This document shows, one piece after another, positions 24,345 to 35,916 of a stretch of DNA of 64,000 nucleotides. The translations under genes were made by a program, and so were the position numbers. Origin of the DNA: Cyanophora paradoxa CCMP329 (Eukaryota; Plantae; Glaucophyta). The stretch's first letter is position 1, and the number at the start of each line of letters is the position of its first letter. The stretch covers positions 1 to 64,000 of the forward strand of contig QPMI01000116.1 of assembly GCA_004431415.1 (NCBI GenBank), read 5' to 3'. The notes beneath the pieces are model-generated. The model saw nothing but the letters and a program-made list of their open reading frames with translations. It was not told where the DNA came from and searched no databases.

Positions 24345-26997
24345 ATGCCGATCGGGCGGCTCTACTCGGCCGTGGTCTCGAAGATCACGGGGCGAGCAGC
24401 GGATGCCGAGCCCGGCGGACCCGACCTCTCCTGCTCCCTTGAGCCGCCCGCGCCCTTCGATGTCAGCACCTCCTCGCGCTCATTGAGGATACTGGAGCGG
24501 CTGGACGATTCCGCCAACAGCAGCATCAACACGGAGAAGCCTAACGCCACGCCCCGGGAGCGGCCTTTCAAAGCCACGCCTCGCGCAACTGCTGTTAGCG
24601 GCATTCCCGTCCCTAGCCCCCGCCAGGCAGCCGTGAATGCGCTCTCGGGTCGCGGCACAAGAGATGAGAACATGCCGGAGAGATCGGCTCGCTGGGCCGT
24701 GGTCCGCGCGCCCTGCCATGTGGCGCATCGTGCGTTGACAGGTGAACCCGCAGAGCCGAGCGGCCGTTGCAGCGCCCGTGAAGCCCGAGATCGCAAGCGA
24801 CGCGGCGCCATGCGAAGCGAGTAACGCACTGGATGCGCCCGCCGCAGCGGCGTCCCAGTTCCAGACGCCGCGCGTGGCGAGGCCGTCATCGCGGCCCTCG
24901 CTCGTCCCGAGCGGCCCCAGCTCCGGCCGGCCGTCCTCCGGTGGCGACCCCGGCGTGCCGCGCTCAGCCCTCCGCCCCGTCTCCGCCTCCAGCCGCCGCG
25001 CGAACCCGGCGGGCGAGCCGGCGGTGGCGGTAGCCGCGCGGGAGTCGCTCGGCGGCGACAAGGAAGTGGAGCGCCTACGCACCCGCGTCGTGGAGCTCGA
25101 ATCGAAGCTCAAGTGCGCGGCCGCGGCGCGGCGATGCGCGAGGGCTGCCGGGTCGCGCGCGGGTCGCGCGGGTCCGCTGGCCGGTTCGAATTTGATCCGG
25201 GGGCGGGCGCGGGGGCGTAGGGTGGCGCTGGACCTGCGGAAGGTCCTCTCGGAGCGGCAGGAGCTCGAGGCGCAGCGCTCCGAGATCGAGCGCGCCCGCG
25301 ACGTGCGCCGCGCCGCGCCCGCCCGCCCCCCCGCCCGCCCGCGGATCAAATCCGAACGCCCAGAACGACCGGGTGTCGATGTGGCGGGCCCTGGAAGCGA
25401 CCGCCAAGGACCTGAAGGCGGCCCGCGAAGAGGTCGACCAGCTCCGCGAGGAGCGCCGCCGCGCCGACGCCGAGGGCACCTCCCAGGTGCGAACGAAGGG
25501 GGAGGGGGGGTACACTCCGCCTGTGGAGCCGGGGCGCTTCTAGGCGGCGAAGCTAGCCAGCCAGCCGGCTGGGACCCCGCCCGCCGCGCGCCCCCTCCTT
25601 CCTTCTTGGGCCTAGTGACCCGGCGCTAGCCAGCCAGCTAACCAGCGGCCCCTCCGCGCGTTTTTCTTCCTCCCCTCCTCCGCCCCCGCCCCCCCCCCTC
25701 CCCATTCCCTCCCTCCTCCGCGCCTCAGCGCCTCAGCGCCGCCCCGTTCGCCTCCGCTCCGCGCTCCCCCCAACCCCCAACTCCCCCCCCCCCCCCCTCC
25801 TTAGCCTAGCGAGCGACGTGCCCAGCTGTCCAGCGCCCTCGCCGCGCATTCCCCCCTTCTTTCCGACCTCACCCCCGCCGCGCCTGCGTGGACCTCGACC
25901 TATCTAGGCCCCCGCGCCCCCCCGCCTTTCCAGCTAGCACCGGCTGTCCGGCGCCCCCGCCGCGCATCCCCCCACTTCCTTCCTTCCTTCCTACCTATCT
26001 AGACCCATCTAGACCTTCCTACCGTCTAGACGCCCCTCGCCTTTCTTCTTGTTTCTCCCCGGCCCCCGCCCCCGCCGACTCGGGGGGGTACCGCATCGCA
26101 GCGCCGCATCGCGCACAGCGCGTCCTTCCTCAAGGGGGAGGTCGAGCGCCTCCGGGTGCGCGATTCTTCTTCCTTCTCCTTCTTCCCCGCGCCGAGCCGA
26201 GCCCGCCCGCCTGCAGGCCGCGGAGCAGGAGGCGCGCGCGAGCCGCGGGGACGCAGTCTCCAGGGCCCAGCAGGTGAGCGAGCGAGCGGGCGGGCCCGCC
26301 CCGCCCCGCCCCTCCCGCCTCTGAGCTAAACATAGTAATTATAACTTAGTTTAACTATGGCGGCCCGGGTCCCGCCTCTGGGTTCAACTTAGCCTGGCGC
26401 AGGCCGAGCGGAGCCTTGCCTACGCCGAGCGGGAGAAGGCGGCGCTGGCGGCGCGGGCGGCGCGCCTCCCGGAGCTCGAGCGCCGCGCCGCAGAGGCCGA
26501 GGCGGAGGCGGAGCGCCTGCGCCGCGAGCTGGCGGCGGCGCACGCGCAGCGCGAGGAGCTCGCCCGCGCCCTCGCCGGCGCCTCCCCGCTCCCGCGGCCC
26601 CGGCCCCCGCCGTCGTCGCCGTCGCCTCGGCGGCCCCGGCGTCTCGTCGCGCGTCCTGCTCCCTTCGGCGGCCGCCATCGCCGCCCGGGACGCCTACCGC
26701 CGCCCCGGCACGCACGCCGGCATCGGGCGCGCCGCCCCGCCCGTCCGGCGGCCCATCTCGGCTGCCAGCCCCGCCTCGGTTTCCTTCCGTCCGCGGCCGG
26801 GCCCGCGGGCCCCCTTCCGCCGCCGCCTCCGCCCCGCGGCCGGGCGGGGCCGCCACGCCCCCCGGAACCCCCGCCGCGGGGCCCGCCCCGCGCCGCCTGG
26901 CCCACTCCCCGTCTGGGGGCCTCACCGCGAGCCCGCGCAAGTCCGGGCCCGGGCTGCCGCGCCAGGACACCCGCTGAGGCACCGGCGCTGCTGCTAG
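24345..26997 (+). CDS. Hypothetical coiled-coil protein (multi-exon)
   Basis: MPIGRLYSAVVSKITG...; heptad-rich exons KEVERLRTRVVELESKLK, LDLRKVLSERQELEAQRSEIERARD, LEATAKDLKAAREEVDQLREE, ELERRAAEAEAEAERLRRELAAAHAQREELARAL. 3' end approximate. Confidence 0.65.
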
Positions 26998-27463
26998 CCA
27001 GCTAGCCAGCTAGGCCAGCCGGTCAGCCAGCCAGCCAGCTAGCTTGTCTGCTTTTCCGGCCCTAGGGCCGTGCCTGGCACCCTCCTCCTCTGCTAGCGGG
27101 GGGCCGGGGACGCCAAGCCGCCCGGGCCCCGGCCCTTGTCAACGTCTGCACGGGCGCCGTCAGTAAATTCAGCTTTTCGCGCGCGTGCGATCGTTTCCGC
27201 GAGCTCGCAGTAACTGTCATGTATATGCTTAGGGGACTGGTAGGCAGCTGAGAACGGCTAAGAGCAAGATGCGTTTATCCGCCGCTCACTGAGTCACGCG
27301 CGCCGGACATTGATATCACTCCCGACTGATCATAGGAGTACGAGAAAAATATTAAATTAAAGCGTGCGCAAATGCTCACAGACAGAGCCGCTGAGCCACA
27401 CTGTGACACTTGTACTCGTGCTCATGGATATGATCACTGCAATAAATATTAATGAAGCTCAGC

Positions 27464-27507
<44 letters not shown>
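27464..27507. repeat. (CA)n(TA)n compound microsatellite
   Basis: Directly visible. Confidence 0.95.
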
Positions 27508-27699
27508 ATGATCATGATCAATCGTTGGCAGCTTGAGACTTAGACTCAGATGGTCATAATCAATCGTTGGCAAAATTTTAAAAAAAACGTAAACTTAGTA
27601 ACGAGAGAGATTAAACCGAGATTGAGAAGGAACGGAGAGAGGAGGGGACGCCTAGGCCGGCGCATCGGTTCTTCTGGGGCCGCCAGGAAGGGAGAGAGA

Positions 27700-28159
27700 A
27701 GGGGGAGGGTAGCTGAGGGAAAGATCCGGAGCTGGCCGGCCCGCCTGAGAAAGATTTGCAACAGATCTAGAGAGCCCGCGGCCGCGGGTGCTTCAGAGTA
27801 GGCCCTAGGCCAGCTCGGTGTGTTCGTGGGGAGAGGCCTAGGAGACCGAAGGGGATGACCCTCCCGCCCCGCGCCCCTTTGCTTCCCCTTTGCCTTTGCC
27901 TTGATGGAGAAACTGGGGCGGAAGGCAAAGGGGCGAGGGCCGGGCCCTGGTCGGGAGGGGGGTTCTGGTTCGCACAGGGGGCGAGGAGGAAAGCGGGCGC
28001 CGCGGGGAGCCGCCCGCCGCGCATCGATATCCACCCCGCCCGTCGAGACACGTTGCTGCCCGCCCCACCTCCGCCCCTCCCTAGAGAGCTTGCGGGTGCC
28101 TCACAGTAGGCCCTAGGCAAGCTCGGTGTGTTCGTGGGGAGGGGAGACGGCCGGGGATG

Positions 28160-28190
<31 letters not shown>

Positions 28191-29275
28191 GGAAGTTCAG
28201 GCGAAGAGGCGAGGGTCGAATCCTGGTCGGGAAGGTGTGGGGCAGCGTGCACGCGCCGCCCGCTGCGCCTTCGCAAGGCCTGCCGAGCCAAGCAGCCGCC
28301 CGTTTCTCCTCCGCCCCGCCCGTCGAGCCGCGCCGCCGCCCGCCGCGCCGCCGCCCGTCTCTCCTCCGCCCCGCCCGTCGAGCCGCGCCGCCGCCCGCCG
28401 CGCCGCCGCCCCGCCCGTCGAGCCGCGCCGCCGCCCGCCGCGCCCCCGCACGGCCCGTCGAGCCGCGCCGCCGCCCGTCTCTCCTCCGCCCCGCCCGTCG
28501 AGCCGCGCCGCCGCCCGCCGCGCCCCCGCACGGCCCGTCGAGCCGCGCCGCCGCCCACCGCGCCCCCGCACGGCCCGTCGAACCGCGCCGCCGCCCGTCT
28601 TTCCTCCGCCCCGCCCGTCGAGCCGCGCCGCCGCCCGTCTCTCCTCCGCCCCGCCCGTCAAGCCGAGAAACCGCCCGCCGCGCCGCCGCCTCGCCCGTCG
28701 AGCCGCGCCGCCGCCCGCCGCGCCCCCGCACGGCCCGTCGAGCCGCGCCGCCGCCCGCCGCGCCCCCGCACGGCCGTCGAGCCGCGCCGCCGCCCACCGC
28801 GCCCCCGCACGGCCCGTCGAGCCGCGCCGCCGCCCGCCGCCGGGCCGCGTCTCCGCCCCGCCCGTCGAGCCAAGCAGCCGCCCGTGTTTCCTCCGCCCCG
28901 CCCGTCGAGCCAAGCAGCCGCCCGTCTTTCCTCCGCCCCGCCCGTCGAGCCGAGCAGCCGCCCGCCGCGCCTCCGCCCCGCCTGTCGAGCCGAGCAGCCG
29001 CCCGCCGCGCCTCCGCCCCGCCCTGCAAGCCGGCGCCGCGCCGCCGCCCGTCTCTCCTCCGCCCCGCCCGTCGAGCCGCGCCGCCACCCGCATCGCCGCC
29101 GCCCCGCCCGGCAAGCCGGCGCCGCGCCACCCGCGCGTCCGCCCATCTTCCGAGCCGCGCCGCCGCCCGCGGTGCCCCCGCCCCTCCCGTTGAGCCGCGC
29201 TACCGCCCGCCGCACCTCCGCCCCGTCCGTTGAGCCACGTTGCTGCCCGCGGCGCCTCCGCCCCGCCCGTCAACG
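27700..29275 (-). repeat. Dispersed repeat copy A: degenerate gene fragment plus 40-bp GC minisatellite (~28290-29275)
   Basis: Unit ~ccgcccgtcgagccgcgccgccgcccgccgcgcctccgcc; agccgcgccg-like 10-mer recurs at 40-nt period (28381, 28421, ... 28741); flank homologous, inverted, to 52770-52830. Confidence 0.85.
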
Positions 29276-30211
29276 GGATGAGTTCGTGGTGGGTGCTGAC
29301 GCGGCGCGTGAGGGCTTCTGACCGGTGATGTTTAGCTTCGCAATCCGTCGAGCCTGCGAGGTGCTCCGCACCGTGTGGCGGCGCCAGCCGCGGCGATGAC
29401 TCAGTGACCATCCGATGATCGCGTATTGACATCGGCGGAGCGTAAACGTACTGGCCTTGCTGCAGCTGGCCATATGCAAACGCCGGCCGCCGCCCAGGCC
29501 GCCCGCGCCCGGGCCGGCCCGGCGCGCCGCGGGGTACGGGTCGAAGAGAGCTAGAGCGAGTTTTCGGCTCGGGGGATCGATTTTTTGTACCCGCTTGAAG
29601 TCGCGAAACGGCCGATTCAGATGACGCGCGCCGTTTGAGTGCCGTCTTGGCGCTGTTTCAAGCCTGGTTGGCAATGGAAATCTGAAAAGATCATGTGCTC
29701 GAAAGTCGGAGTGACGTCGCATCCGCGAATCGACCGCGATGAGTCGATGATGAGTCGATGCATAATGACTTGATAATTTCATCAGATTATGTCGACATTT
29801 GGCGATCGCGTGACCCGCGTCAGCGGCGTCGACGTCACCCCCACCTTTACGCGTACGCCTCACAGTATATATATATGATATCGATCGTGATCTTAGCTTA
29901 GCTGTTCTTATCTGCGACGTGCGTTCGCAGAGCTCGATCGAGCCCGCGGCGAATTCGCATCGTGCCATTTCGTCAACCTCCGGCCCGCGCGCGCGCGTTC
30001 CGAAGTTTGTGATCAAGGTTGGGAGGAATTCGAAGCTCTTTCCCCACGCCCGCGCGCTCTCTAGGCCCAGCAAACGTGCAGCTGCGCTCATCGGCCACAC
30101 CAGACAAGCTGCAACTTGGCAACTGCGGCGAACGTCACGCGCGCGCGTCGTTTCCCGGCTTCCTTGAAGTTCCCTCGCTGCGGCCGACTGCGCCGCCGAT
30201 CAGCCGGTAAA

Positions 30212-32459
30212 ATGCAGTCAGAGCACAAGGAGGAGGTCTGCGAAGCTTGCGCGCACGCCCTCTCCGCTGCCCCGCTGATCTGGTCGCAGGCGGCACCGAT
30301 GGCGTCAGCATCGCCCCGGGACTCGCACGGCGATCCGCTGGGCACGAGGCCGTTCTGTGAAGCGAGGGAGAGCCTTGCCGCTGCGGTGAGGGCCTTCTCG
30401 CAGGAGCACCGCTGCCAGGCCGCTTTCTTCGTCGCTTCGGGGGATGACGTCCACCACCTCGTGGTCAGTCTGGCAGGCTCCGACCCACTCGCAGATCCGC
30501 GCGTGCCGTTTCTGACAGCGCGCAGTTCTCAAACGGGGAATCCGGCGGGAGCGCTGTGCTGGAGAAGTTGCTCTCGCGCGCCGGCTTCGGCCCCAAATTT
30601 GATGGGCCCGCCGCGCCCTCCTCGACGGTGAAGACGGAGGCTCAGTCGCACCACCACGTCACGGCGGAGTCCGAGCAAAGCGCCGCCGAGCGCGAACCGG
30701 CGCCGGGCCATGTCAACGCCGTTTCGAGCCCAGCCGTGGCCCCGCCCTGCGAGTTCCACTTCCGCTTTGGAAAGGGAGACCAGTGCGGCCCCGGTGCGAC
30801 TCGCCCCGCCGCGGAGTCCGCTCCGATCCGAGTAATCTTTTCGGGGGCAGCCTGCGTGGGGCGGACGGTCGCGCCGCGGGGCACAATCATCCCTGACTTT
30901 CTGTCCGAGTCCCTGGCCGGCCAGAACGTAGCCCGCTGCATCGAGATTTTCGACAAGTCCAAGCGAGAGTTCCGCCCCTCCCGCCCCGCCGGCGACTCGT
31001 CCGCGGCGCCCTCCGGGCCGTCCCCCCCGCCCCGCGGTCTGCGCCCCGCGTCCGCCGCGCCCCCGTATGCCTTCTCCAACTGATTTGCTTTCTCTTCTCC
31101 TGCGCGCCAGCAGACGTCTGCCCCCCGTCGGTCGACTCGCTCCTGCTTGCCGCTTCCCGCTCCCCGCCTTTCCCCACCCACTCGCACGGCGCCGACGCTG
31201 CCCAAGGCCCCCCCCACTCCTCTCTCCCCCCCCTCGAAGCATACCTGTACTCCCGCTCCTCGGGCGGCCCCTACGCCCCCATGCACCCCCACATCGTCGG
31301 TCCGTATTCCCCCGCCCCTTCCCTCGGCTCTGATCGCTCTGACCGTGCACGTGCCGCCAGGTCACTATGGGCACCCCCACGGGCACGGCCTCCCGATGCG
31401 GGGCGGACCTGCGCCGGGGTACGCGCTGGAGGCCGGCTCAATGCAGGGCCCGCCCGAGTTTCTGAGGGCGGCCGGCGCGGGCGTCGGCTCCTACGACGCG
31501 GCGGCTGCAGCAGCTGCGGCGACGGCGGCGGCTTCGTCGGCGGCGGCTGCCGCCTCCGGCCGGGCGAGCTACGGGCGCGGGGCGCGGGCCTCGGCGGGCC
31601 GGCGCCGTGGCGGCAGCAGCCACGGCCACGACGCGGCCTCGGGCTCCGAAGACTCGACCGAGAACGGCGGCGGCGACGAGAGCGGCGAGGGCGAGGCGGC
31701 GTCTGTTGGCTCTGCAGCTGGCTCCGTCGGCTCGGCCCCGGCGTCGGGTTCGGGGTCCGGAGCGCAGCGCAAGGGGCAGCACTGGGACGAAGAGGAGCAC
31801 AAGCGGTTCCTCGACGGGCTCCGCCGCTTCGGCAAGGGCGACTGGCGCAACATCGCGCGCCAAGCCGTGAAGACGCGTACCCCGGCCCAGGTCGCCTCCC
31901 ACGCCCAGAAGTACTTCAAACGGTACCCCATTCCCTGCCCTCCCTCTCCCCTTCCTTTCTTTCTTTCTCTTTCTTAAGGAGCGAGAGCAGGCAGGAGAGC
32001 GCCAACATGCGGGCCTCGACCCGAATGCGGTCCTCCATCCACGACATAACGATGGACGCTCTGAACCACAACAACAACGGATCCGGCCACGCGGCGGCGG
32101 CTGCGGCGGCGGCCGCCGGCCCCGCCGGCCCCGCCTCCCGTGACGACGCGTCCTCCCCCGGGGCCGGGGCCAGCCGGCGGGGAGCCTGGGGCGACCCCCT
32201 GTACCGCCTGGCCGCCGGCCCGCCGGCGCCGGCCAGCCACGCCGTGTACAACCCACCGGCGTCCGCCCCCGCCCCCGTCGACTGGCGCATGTACCCCCAG
32301 CAGGCCGTCTACGCCCCGCCGGAGACCTGGGACAGGCGCCGGGAGGGCCCGCCCCTGGACTCGGAGCGCCCGGCGCAGCGGCCGCGGCTCGAAGCCGGGC
32401 ACGAGCCAATGATGGCGTCGGCCCCGCCCATGGCGCCTCGGGAAGTCTCCGCGCGGTAG
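30212..32459 (+). CDS. MYB-related transcription factor, SHAQKYF class (DIVARICATA/MYBS-like)
   Basis: [52 protein letters not shown] then, after an intron, [10 protein letters not shown]; stop 32457-32459. N-terminal exons inferred. Confidence 0.9.
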
Positions 32460-32463
32460 CTCG

Positions 32464-32491
32464 CTAGCTAGCTAGCTAGCTAGCTAGCTAG
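32464..32491. repeat. (GCTA)n palindromic microsatellite just after the MYB stop codon
   Basis: gctagctagctagctagctagctagcta. Confidence 0.9.
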
Positions 32492-32972
32492 CCAGCCGTA
32501 CGCCCCGCCTCTTCTCGGCTCGTCTCCTTTTTCATCATTTCTAGATCTTTCCCTACTGTTCTCTTCCACCTTCACGGAAGGCCATGGCATGCACCCTCCC
32601 GGCCCCTTGGCTGCCGGGCTATACATATTCTGCAGTCGTTTTGTACTGGCAGCGTAAATCGCCTAGATCTTATTTCTGGTTGGCGGTATGTGTTCAATTG
32701 GTTCCTGGTTTCAGTATTCTAGCTGGACTTGTACACAATTTTGTAGACGGCCCGGTTACACAGTAGTCTAGATCTGCGAGTTATCTCCAAGCTTAGACTA
32801 TAATATGTGCGAGCTCTTTGACAGCGCTTCCTCTGTATTTCCGAAGCTCATCTCGAGTCATTTAGTGCATCCGATGATCCTCAGCATGCGTACCTCCGTT
32901 CAGCAATTCGATCTCGATATCATGCATACAATCAGATCAGGTGTGCGTATTGGTATCATAGTGGCATAGTAT

Positions 32973-33972
32973 ACGTAACCTTTTTAATGTTAATATAATG
33001 ATGGCGAAGCTTTATGATCAGGGCCTTGGGAGGCATTGAAGGCGGCATCAATGTCGAAGTTGCAATGCAATCATGAATTGCGGAGTTCAGCGCGCGGCGG
33101 CCGGGCTTCCGTAGTTCTACCAGGCTGGCCATGCGATGTTCCGGTTAGGGCTGGGCCGGTGGCGGCCGGTGGCAGTGGCGGCCTCCCACCGACCGACCGG
33201 GTGGAAAGTCTGGCCCACCGCCATACAACGCCCGGTACCATACAAATAAAACTTCTAGGGGGGTAGGCTCGCGAAAATTTCATATTCTCGCGCGCGAAAG
33301 TTACATATGCATATTCCGTGCACCCATGGCCAGGCCAGGAAATTCCTGCTTAGTTCATCTTCCTGCTCTCCTGCGCTCCTGCTCTCTTCAATCCGACGGA
33401 GCCCAAGATAGCTGACGCCATCGATCGCAATATCCCGTACCCCTCCTGAGCATCAACCACCCCGACTTCCGGATCCCCCACAACTGGCTTGAAATCGCCA
33501 CAAAGCGCATGCTTTAGACAGTAGGGAACAGAGTAGGCGCGTAGCGCCTTGAAGCTGTGCAGAGTCAAGCGCATTTCCTGTCAATTTTCACGCACTGCAG
33601 CAAGTACCCCTCCTCTACCGACCGCCACCGGCGGGTAACAGTCAGCGGGCCCACCGACTGGGTGGGGTTTGAGGTGGACTGTGCCCAGCCCTAGTTCCGG
33701 TCCGGCCGGGCCCTCACTGATTATGAGCTCGAGTCACGTGCAACGTAACCTTTTTAATGTTAATATAATGATGGCGAAGCTTTAATTTATGATCAGGGCC
33801 TCGGGAGGCATTGGAGGCGGCATCAATGTCGAAGTTGCAATGCACTGCGGCAATCCGATGATCATGAATTGCGGAGTTCAGCGCGCGGCGGCTTCCGTAG
33901 TTCTACCAGGCTGGCCATGCGATGTTCCGGTCCGGCCGGGCCCTCACTGATTATGAGCTCGAGTCACGTGCA
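32973..33972 (+). repeat. Tandem duplication of a ~230-bp unit; copy 1 interrupted by a MITE
   Basis: acgtaacctttttaatgttaatataatg...gagtcacgtgca at 32973-33742 (with insertion) and 33743-33972 (uninterrupted). Confidence 0.9.
33146..33693. mobile_element. hAT-type MITE
   Basis: Perfect 11-bp TIR TAGGGCTGGGC; 8-bp TSD GTTCCGGT at 33138-33145 and 33694-33701; single GTTCCGGT (empty site) in the adjacent duplicate at ~33924. Confidence 0.95.
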
Positions 33973-34119
33973 CTGATCATGAGCCTCGGAGGCAGCAGCT
34001 GGCCGGAGCCGCGGGGGGTTCGTTATCAACGATTAATTGGAGCACGACTGTCATACATGCCACAATGCACATGCTCAACGGCCTAGCTATAGGCTGCGGC
34101 TCTAGATCTACAACTACAG

Positions 34120-35446
34120 CTAACCTGGCTGCGGAGCGGGGCCCTCCGCCGCCGCCGCCGCGGGCCGCGGCCGAGCCCGCACCTGCTCCACCAGCGCTCG
34201 GAACCGATCGTCCTGGGAGCGAGCGACCTCTGGGCGCGAGCGAGCCGCCCTCTCCTCGCGTTCCCTCTGCTCCTCCATATCCGAAACCTCTCGCGCCAGC
34301 TGCGCGGCGGGGCGCGGCACCCGCGCGTCGCCGCTCGCCTGCACCCGCAGCACGAATTCCCGGTATCGCCTCGTGAGGGCCTGTGGGGGAACAGGGCTCA
34401 GGTCGGTCTTTCTTTGCGCGCGGGCGACGGGCGGGCGTGCGGCGAAGAGGGGGGTTGTAGGCGAACCGTTTTGTCCCCGTTCGAAGCAAGTTGCGCGTCG
34501 CGGCACTTCAAGCGCAGCTGCTTCTCCGTAAGAGTCGCGAAGCACGGCATCGGGACGTGCCTGCGCTCCGCCGGCGGCGCCGAGCTGCGGAAGGCCTGGG
34601 ATCAGCGCGGAGCGGGCGCGCATGAGAGCGGTGGCGTACTCGCCGGACGCGCCGAGCCGCGCGAGGAGCGCCTCGCGGCCGGCGGGCGTGGAAAGGCACT
34701 CGCCGCTGTGCTCCGGGAAGGCCCACGAGGCGATGCGCAGACCGCACGCGCCGCACTCCACGCCCGCGTCCTGTTCCTCATCCTTCTCCTCCGCTTCGCT
34801 CGGCTGCTGCGCCGCGCACGCCGCCGACTCGCGCGGAACGACGACGTCGTCCTCGTCACCCTCGAGATCGATGACCTCCGACGCGGCCGGCGCCGGGGAT
34901 GCCGTCGTCAACCGCGGACGCTTGTCTGCTGCGTGCGTCGCCGGCGGCGCTGCGGAGGCCGGCGGGACTGCCTTGGCGAACAGGTCCATGGGGCCTTTCC
35001 GCTTGGCAGTCGCTGCAGAACGGCTGGAGGGCCCGTCGGCCGCCGCTGTGGAGCCCGCTGATGCCAGCTGGGGCGCTGCAGGCGACTCCAGCGCGGCGTG
35101 GATCCTGCCCTTGCAGCGCGCGTACGCCGCGCAGAGGTCGTCGAGCGTCCGATTCGGCCGAATGTCCTGCACGCTTGTGGGATTCCGGCAGGACGGACAG
35201 CACGTCGGAATGTTCGCAGTGCCGCAGTGGTCCAACGAGCGGCGGATGCACAGGGAGCAGAACCTGCGGGAACGTCAGGCCGGCGTTCGCGCCAAGCGCG
35301 CTTCGCGGGGCTGACGAAGCGACGCACGAATGGCCGCATGAGAGCGAGACGGGAGTCGTAAAGCCGAGCCTGCAGATGGGGCACGCCAACATGCGCTCGA
35401 ACGGCTGCAGCGCCGGCAGCTGCTCGTAGGCTGCAGGCCGCGCCAT
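34120..35446 (-). CDS. RAD18: RAD18 E3 ubiquitin ligase (RING, UBZ, SAP)
   Basis: RING CPIC...CGHS-FCSLCIRRSL...CPSCR...NRTLDDL; UBZ-like ECGACG...HSGECL; SAP-like PCFATLTEKQLRLKCRDAQLASNGDKT-ALTRRYREF; C-terminal DRFRALVEQVRAR. Confidence 0.85.
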
Positions 35447-35916
35447 CCCGCACGGATCACTTCTTGATTCGCTGGCTGCTGACTGCCGGAAGCGTCCGAT
35501 GTTCGAATTCTATGCGCGCCCCAACTTGAACTTGGCCTAGCTATATACTATACCCCTGTACCCCGCCCTTGCACTGCGAAATTAATATTCGCGATCGTGC
35601 CCTAGCTCTCAAAATTTGAAGCTTTGTCTCAGTCCACGCCGGTCCGTCTCCCCCGGCTTCCGCCCCTGGCTCAATGCTTCCGATCCGGCTGAAAGAAGCG
35701 TCCTGTTTTGATTCTTGGTCGCTCATCCTAGGAGGCTGTTCAAAAGCAAAACATTGCAACTGACTGATGGCGCTGGGGCAAAGGAGAACCGGGGGTAGAA
35801 TAGAGGGGCGTGGCGCAGAGCGTAGGGGGCGTACAGGCCTAGGGGCGCGGGGGCGGGGGCTTCCAGAAATGGGGCCGGCGGCGGACCGGCGCCGGTACCC
35901 GTCGCTCGGGACCGGC

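Noticed and set aside
28081-29432. Six overlapping 340-410 aa ORFs, and similar ones at 52 kb
   Set aside because: Artefact of a stop-free GC 40-bp minisatellite. Not a CRISPR array either, since there are no unique spacers.
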